A stretch of DNA of 62,465 nt, filler included, from Stramenopiles sp. TOSAG23-2 (taxonomy: Eukaryota), in assembly GCA_900128395.1 (NCBI GenBank). It is 7 parts of 7 records of this genome, joined end to end, with 100 filler letters (N's around TTAATTAATTAA, not from the genome) between each part and the next. Parts side by side here need not be neighbours in the genome. Positions count along the whole stretch, not along the records: positions 53,652 to 62,465 come from LT650162.1; 6 more parts are not named here. The stretch is one strand, 5' to 3'. Positions 57,401 through 62,465 of this stretch are shown in pieces (position 1 is the first letter of the stretch; the number at the start of each line of letters is the position of its first letter). The notes under the pieces were generated by a model. The model did not search any database and was not told where the DNA came from. It was given only the letters and a program-made list of their open reading frames with translations. The translations under genes were made by a program, and so were the position numbers.

Positions 57401-59016
57401 CGTCGATGCCCATGATCCAATGTAATTGCCGTAATATCGTTTAAATCTTTCATGCTTTTCTTCGCTTCTCTACTATCACTTTCTGTTTCAACAATACGTA
57501 CAAATTTTCCAGTCTCCGCATTCCAAACGTTGAGAACGGAACTATGTTGTACTACTGTTATAATTTGACGAAAATTTCTATTGTACAAAACGTGGGATAA
57601 TGGTATTTGGTTTTCCTTTGTCTGTTCAGCTATTCCACCAACAGACAATGGCCATTGCGACAAGGTTCTTGATGCTGTTATTAATTTCATCGGCAATGTA
57701 TTGTCCATAATTAATGTACGAACGTGGTTAATACCTTCCCCGGGAAAAAGAGTTTGCAAGCAATGAGCATGCCGAATATCCCAAACTTTAGTTATACCTT
57801 CCACATCTAAACTGACAATTTCATTTGTATCTTTAATAGTACACAATGCCTTGACAGATGAATTATGCCCGGATAAACGTGATATATTATCAGGTGAAAA
57901 TGGGTTCCATAATAATACATCTCGTTCCACACCACAACTTGCCATTAATTTTGCACGTTCATTATATACAAAACCATTACACGCTTTAACATGTCCACGA
58001 AAAGTCGATCGAACTCTATTTACACGTTCAACTTCAAATATTTTCACAGTAGAATCTAAACTTGCAGTTACTAATAATTGAATTCCAGGAATATATTTCA
58101 TATATGTAATGTGATCCGTATGATGTTTAAAACGTTGAATTTTAGTATAATCTTTAAATTGAATATTTGGTGGTACATTTCTTGGATCTAATATTATTGG
58201 AAAATGCCCATTATCATAAAACGTATATATAGTGACAATGCCGTCATGATCAGCAATAATTAAATATTCAATAACTTTCTTTTCATCAAAATAATAAGAC
58301 AATGCCATAGGCGTTGCATGTGCTAATAACCATGGTGGAATTTCATCATAGTATCGAACAGTAAACAATTCGCGATTGACAATATCGTAAATTTTCACGC
58401 CCGACGTTGTTGCTACTACAAGTCGATGGCTATGATGCATATGTACAACACTTGTTATCCAATCTAAACCAGTTAAAACAACGTTATGTAATTGTAAATT
58501 TCCTGCATCCCATGCCAATAATTTACCATCATGAGCCGCAGTAATAAAAATATCCTTGTAATATGTAAATCGTCGTGTTAGCCTATATATTAATAATATT
58601 GCATCAGCATGTCTAACATGTGAATATGGTGCATCTATGGAGTTTGGAAAAATTTCACGTAAATTCTCGTCCTGTATATTTGGATTTGTTAATTTCTCAG
58701 ATAAAAATAAATAATTAGAAAATTCTTTCCATGTCACGGTACCATTGGAATCCGCATCAATCATCAAAAATAAATTTCTTAAATCTTCATCATCAAATGA
58801 ACGTGGTGTTGTATCTTCAATTACATCATCAGTATTTTCTTTGTTAGTATTATTATTATTGTTTTTATTTGCCGATAGAATATTTTGAATAAGTTCTATA
58901 AATTTAGGTTCTTCGACTGCACCTAATTTTTCAAATGCTTCTTGTACTTGTTTTAATGTTTTCAAAGAAAATTGCGATTGCCATATTTTATTTGCTGTAG
59001 CATTGTTTGATTCCAT
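54404..59016 (-). CDS. EF-hand plus WD40 protein (WDR49/CFAP337/EFCAB8-like); intron 55313..55661; tail affected by a duplicated segment
   Basis: LFLMIDADSNGTVTWKEFSNY EF hand; WD repeats (TASLDSTVKIFE, SCGVERDVLLWNPF, TAGWDKKIHVW, ATGCSDGQLIIWN); GTGAGT donor at 55661 and CTAAC...TTTAG acceptor give an in-frame join to ...DIVDFTNDG; exact 3' end uncertain. Confidence 0.8.
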
Positions 59017-59162
59017 GTTGAAACAAAAAATAGAATCGTTGTTTGGAATTGTTTTTAAAAACGTAGTATTTATATACAAACTTTAAAAAAAGAAAGATCA
59101 AAGTTGGAATTAATTGTAAACACACACACATATACGCAAATATAATTAAAAAATAATTAAAA

Positions 59163-59882
59163 ATGGCTGATGAAGAAGAAACTGCAGCACCAACATATTC
59201 AGTTGAATATTTAGGTGCAGGTAAAACAGAAGAACCTATTGGTTGGATCTCAAAAGCTGGTAAAGCAGATGTAAAATATGCAAATGGTGATACGTACTGC
59301 GGCGATTACAATGAATTGAAACAACGTCATGGACGTGGTAGATATACGTACATCCGTAAAGGAAATGAAGAGGATGAAGAAGCAAAGCCAACAACTTCCG
59401 TATATGATGGTGACTTTCGCTTAGGTAAAAAACATGGTATGGGTACAATGACATATCCAGACGGTGGCAAATACAATGGTAGTTGGGAGAATGACAAGAA
59501 ACATGGTAATGGATCATATGAATACGCAAATGGCGATATTTACAATGGTGCATGGGTCGAGGATAAAAAAAACGGAGCTGGTAGTTATTATTACGCATCA
59601 AACAAAAGTCAACTTGTTGGAGAATGGAAAGATAATAAATATGTTAAAGGAAAATGGGTACATAAAGACAATACTAGTTATCACAGTTCATTTGACAATA
59701 ATTTGCCTGTAGGCAACGGTATATATTATTTCGCAAAGAGTGGAAATCAAATGGATGGTACTTATTCAACGGAAAGTAAAGGTGAAGATGAAGGTGAAGA
59801 AGGTGGTGCTCCTTCATCAACATGGGTATCTGGAAGTTTAACTAAAGCAAGTGTTAATGCTATTGATTTGACTCAGTCATAG
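59163..59882 (+). CDS. RSPH1: MORN-repeat radial spoke head protein 1-like
   Basis: About 6 MORN repeats (Y.G.....KHG.G.Y.Y..G) with acidic termini. Confidence 0.75.
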   Translation: MADEEETAAPTYSVEYLGAGKTEEPIGWISKAGKADVKYANGDTYCGDYNELKQRHGRGRYTYIRKGNEEDEEAKPTTSVYDGDFRLGKKHGMGTMTYPDGGKYNGSWENDKKHGNGSYEYANGDIYNGAWVEDKKNGAGSYYYASNKSQLVGEWKDNKYVKGKWVHKDNTSYHSSFDNNLPVGNGIYYFAKSGNQMDGTYSTESKGEDEGEEGGAPSSTWVSGSLTKASVNAIDLTQS

Positions 59883-60267
59883 GGTGGTATAATGTGATTT
59901 TAAAAAGGGTGTACAACATTAGGAGATATTTATATTGTCGCTGTGGAGAAAGCGGTTTTGGTTGTGTGTGCCAACAGTGTGGGTGTAAAAAAAATTAAAA
60001 AAAAAAAGTTATTTTAGCGGTGCAAGAAAATACGTAGAAATATACCACACATATAATTACATATGCATCATCATATATACGTATACATTTTATACATCTA
60101 GATTAATTTTTTATTTTCTTACAAATAGTGTGCGTGGACACACTCTGTATTTTTGTGGTTTTTCCCGGGCATATTCATCTTTGGACCGCATGGTGGTACT
60201 TCGTATCATCTAGATAATATTTAAAAATATTTAATGTATGATGTATCATACGTATATGATGATATTT

Positions 60268-61797
60268 TTACAAAAACATCTCTTTTAAACCGTCTTGCAA
60301 ATCTTGTAAAAACGATGTTAAAACATATATATGACCATTATATATAACTTTCATCACAGCAATACGTTCCGGTTTGTCTTCATTCACTTTTTCAAGATAC
60401 ATCTTCATATTTGCTTCTAATTCTTTCAACTCATCGTATAAAATAAAATATAATAATTCATATCGACAACGTAATAAAATATTAGTATTAATACTATCAT
60501 CTTTCCTTTCATTTAATGAAAATATATGTTTAATATTAGTTTCCCTATGATATAAATTAAATGGCCCATCAAGCATTTCTTTTGAAATCAATTGATAATC
60601 ACGATTATTACATTCTTTTTGTATACCATTTTTAAATCCATCGTTTGGATTATCGCTACTGTAATAATATCTATTCCTACTATAATGATTCCTACTATTG
60701 TAAATATTATCAACACCATATTCATATAAAATACGATCAATTTTATCATTTGAAAGATATAATGAAAAACATGCGCGATCTTGATCATCTAATACAAATC
60801 CACTACGACGAAATAAAATCACATTACAATGTTTATGTACTCTACCGTGAATAGATCTATCTTCAAAAACTTCAATAGGATCATATGAATTAAATAATTC
60901 ATCACCTGGATTTCTATCTTTATCAAAATTAAAACTTGCATAATAAAATTTTGATGTTCCATCATGTGGATTTGCTATTTCAACTGGACCTTGGGGTCGT
61001 CCATATGTTTCATGGTTTAATAAATCAATACCAGGTAAAAACATATTTTGAAATTTCGTTTCACCATTAATTGGACCATATGCACCGTGAGAAAAAAAAA
61101 GCAAATATGTACGGGTATATATATCCAATCTTACTTTTGGATTCATTGAAAAATAATTCTTTAAAGCATGAAACAATGTAGAATATTTACCATTGTAATT
61201 ATTCTTTAATGTTTCGATATAATGAAAATTATTAATAATTATTTGACGAGCTTGTAAAATCCATTTTTGATCTATTGTTGGCAAAGACATTAAATTGATG
61301 TTAGAATCAGGATGCATAGGCATGTACTTAAATGTATCATTATTGACTATATTAAAATATGGAAACCATTTCGATGATTTCCCATTAACCCTTTCAATTA
61401 ACATACCAAGTGGAAATAAAAGGTGCGGATCTTGTTTTATACCAATATTATGTATTGGCCAATCATTTACAAATTCTTGCAATGTATCATATTCATTGAT
61501 AAAATAATCTGTTGACATAATTAAATCTGTTGGTAATAATATATTTAAAGATCCTTTATTTCTATGTTTCAATGTACGCCATCCACGTCTATTATTTTTT
61601 TCAGGAAAATTGTAAAGTTCCATATCATCAATTTGACCACCATTGGATATTAACCATTTTTCAAATAATTTTTCCGGTGTTATATTATTATTATTATTAT
61701 TAGTTGCCGCATTTAAAAATGTAACATTGATGATGACAAAAATTGCAATGATGATGAATAATTTATATCTACAGGTATCATTAGATGAAAAATGCAT
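60268..61797 (-). CDS. SET-domain lysine methyltransferase (SETD3/Rubisco-LSMT class) with N-terminal hydrophobic leader
   Basis: FEKWL..NGG, RRGW, SKWFPY, MFLPGIDLLNH, PGDELFNSY, L..RSGFV. Confidence 0.8.
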   Translation of the reverse strand: MHFSSNDTCRYKLFIIIAIFVIINVTFLNAATNNNNNNITPEKLFEKWLISNGGQIDDMELYNFPEKNNRRGWRTLKHRNKGSLNILLPTDLIMSTDYFINEYDTLQEFVNDWPIHNIGIKQDPHLLFPLGMLIERVNGKSSKWFPYFNIVNNDTFKYMPMHPDSNINLMSLPTIDQKWILQARQIIINNFHYIETLKNNYNGKYSTLFHALKNYFSMNPKVRLDIYTRTYLLFFSHGAYGPINGETKFQNMFLPGIDLLNHETYGRPQGPVEIANPHDGTSKFYYASFNFDKDRNPGDELFNSYDPIEVFEDRSIHGRVHKHCNVILFRRSGFVLDDQDRACFSLYLSNDKIDRILYEYGVDNIYNSRNHYSRNRYYYSSDNPNDGFKNGIQKECNNRDYQLISKEMLDGPFNLYHRETNIKHIFSLNERKDDSINTNILLRCRYELLYFILYDELKELEANMKMYLEKVNEDKPERIAVMKVIYNGHIYVLTSFLQDLQDGLKEMFL

Positions 61798-62241
61798 TAT
61801 CTTGCAAGTGGTCGTTTTATCGCTATAGGTATATTGCTTTGCCGTCGTGATATGTATTGTTGCTGTCTGTGTTCTTTTCTCTTGTATAGGGAAAAACCCA
61901 CATCATCATTGTTTTATTATTTTTATGTGAAAAACGGTATCTTTTTTATTATTTTTTTTTACATTCTTTTACAACACTGTTAAGGTATATTATCTCAATT
62001 TTTGGTATACTAAAACCTGTAAAGTATATAAACTTTGACTGGCATGCATTGGAGAATATGCGTCTTATTTCCTTATAAGAATTTCTTTATTAAAGGTTTA
62101 CAATTAAATTGATGTATATATAAATACAACATTTGTCGACTAAGAAATATATAGATAGATAGATAGATTTATTAATGCATTAGAAAGAAAGTAGTATAGT
62201 AGATAAGATATACGAGAACAGTGTAAAAGGTAATAGATATC

Positions 62242-62465
62242 ATGGCGTCGTTATCTGAACAACCACCTACAAAACGACAACGTACTACAAATGCATCGAC
62301 GATCGAAGCGTTACAACAAGAACGGGCACCACCACCAATTGAAATTGGTATATTGCTTTTACCAGCTGGATTTGAGTCTGCTTGCGGTATAATGACAAAA
62401 ATATTTTTATATTTAGATATTCGATCATTATGTAATGTGAAACGATCATCTTTGATACAACAATG
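62242..62465 (+). CDS. Probable F-box protein, N-terminal fragment
   Basis: ATG at 62242, open to window end: ...LLLPAG...IMTKIFLYLDIRSLCNV resembles an F-box. Confidence 0.5.
   Translation, partial: MASLSEQPPTKRQRTTNASTIEALQQERAPPPIEIGILLLPAGFESACGIMTKIFLYLDIRSLCNVKRSSLIQQ

Noticed and set aside
1-62465. tRNA/rRNA genes or an alternative genetic code
   Set aside because: No cloverleaf or rRNA-like segment seen by eye; conserved genes read through in the standard code and use TAA, TAG and TGA as stops

Overview
AT-rich, intron-poor eukaryotic DNA. It is not one locus but seven unrelated contigs (8872, 8867, 8846, 8823, 8822, 8821 and 8814 bp, sorted by decreasing length) joined by identical 100-nt N44-TTAATTAATTAA-N44 linkers, so synteny only holds within a contig. 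Axonemal genes (CFAP157-, DNAJB13-, RSPH1-, WDR49-like), GT-AG introns with CTAAC branch points and poly-Asn tracts indicate a flagellated protist; a stramenopile (e.g. a MAST-type MAG/SAG) is my inference, not a database result. Recognisable genes: DHHC palmitoyltransferase, atypical E2F (E2F7/8/DEL), formin, a giant EF-hand protein, cyanophycinase, SLC35B transporter, FCF1, PHO80-like cyclin, YhhN, an NRPS-like adenylation domain, a DEDDh exonuclease, MAPK, SET, F-box, and a spliced 4F5-family micro-gene missed by the ORF track. Many ORFs are broken by short near-identical tandem duplications, probably collapsed haplotypes. Most notable: (1) a bacterial-type cyanophycinase embedded in eukaryotic DNA; (2) inside it, a 45-nt block that is the exact non-reversed complement of the sequence 243 bp upstream; (3) a contig-4 module of DEDDh exonuclease, 55-bp ACGCGT array, ~900-aa orphan and S1-like ORF; (4) an ATRR/NPS10-like adenylation enzyme; (5) an FH1-less formin with WH2, WW and CCDC53-like repeats; (6) a Zn-finger-less DHYC PAT and a TEL-loop MAPK.
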